Of a DNA stretch of 64,000 nt, positions 63,488-64,000 are shown in pieces. A program made the translations under genes and the position numbers. How positions within the stretch are numbered: position 1 is the stretch's first letter; each line of letters starts with the position of its first letter. The notes under the pieces are model-generated. The model was not told the DNA's origin and made no database searches. It saw only the letters and a list, made by a program, of their open reading frames with translations. Source of the stretch: Phoronis australis (lineage: Eukaryota; Animalia; Phoronida); contig NMRA01000220.1 of assembly GCA_002633005.1 (NCBI GenBank), positions 602,819 through 666,818 of the forward strand. The letters are read 5' to 3'.

Positions 63488-63824
63488 ATATTTATACCAC
63501 ATACTGAACGAGAAACATTGCAATGAAATGATTTACCTTTCTCGACTCTCCGCGGCTTTGTAACTACGTTCTATGTCAGAGGCCGGGATCGGAGGTCGTG
63601 ACCTTTTAAGAAAAGCCGAGCTATTTTGTCAAATAATGCTTTCACTCTAAACCAATTGAAAAAAAAATCTGCGTATCATGGAATATTTCACTAAGTCAGT
63701 CGGCAGCAATATAACTCATATACACGCTCACTAATGGTCTCTTTCCAATAGAACGCCCTTTCCTCCATGCTCCTAAATCCTTTTATTACCCCTTTAATTC
63801 AGTCGCAGTCCTCAAATGGTTAAG

Positions 63825-64000
63825 TCAAACAAAGTGGTTGACGATCTTCGAAGTAAAGGACGTGTATGTCCCAAATGGGGTGATAGCGTCGATGGTTGCC
63901 GTGTAATTCATGCGAAACCTGTAGATGTGGGTTGGAATCTGATAATTTGTGTTAATGGTGTCCACTCTGTTCACAATGCCGACAGTCCCGACATCCGCAC
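63825..64000 (-). CDS. Gene B, 3' end of terminal exon (..GTVGIVNRVDTINTNYQIPTHIYRFRMNYTATIDAITPFGTYTSFTSKIVNHFV*), enters from right edge
   Basis: Open frame to TGA at 63825-63827; highly similar to 53314-53489 but with AAG in place of the premature TAG. Only 176 bp is visible, so overall intactness is unknown. Confidence 0.75.
   Translation of the reverse strand, partial: ADVGTVGIVNRVDTINTNYQIPTHIYRFRMNYTATIDAITPFGTYTSFTSKIVNHFV

Overview
This window is AT-rich, intron-containing metazoan DNA (most consistent with a marine invertebrate; species not determinable), not prokaryotic, so most ORFs in the supplied track are spurious. It holds part of a minus-strand cluster of large, probably secreted proteins. 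(1) A multi-exon gene has 8 confidently spliced, frame-compatible exons between 18654 and 982 and continues off the left edge: SUEL/rhamnose-binding-type lectin, calcium-binding EGF, EGF, two Cys-rich modules, then an uncharacterised body. One further candidate exon lies at 31073-31168. (2) The last exon of an upstream FN3-like-repeat gene ends at 63825. (3) A pseudogenised duplicate of that gene's 3' end lies at 53314-55902, with two TAG nonsense codons and frameshifts. Introns and intergenic DNA are full of transposon relics: Kolobok, Penelope with a hammerhead, piggyBac, Sola3-like, Harbinger and hAT MITEs, several LINEs and tRNA-derived SINE heads. The most unusual observations are four copies of a Helentron-type non-autonomous element whose ~150-bp internal subunits each carry a same-orientation CTCF-consensus-like motif, and a 31-bp minisatellite made of tandem copies of a splice-acceptor region. 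Also notable are two abutting long hairpins at 49.7 kb and strong enrichment of TACATGTA. All calls are by eye; no searches were run.
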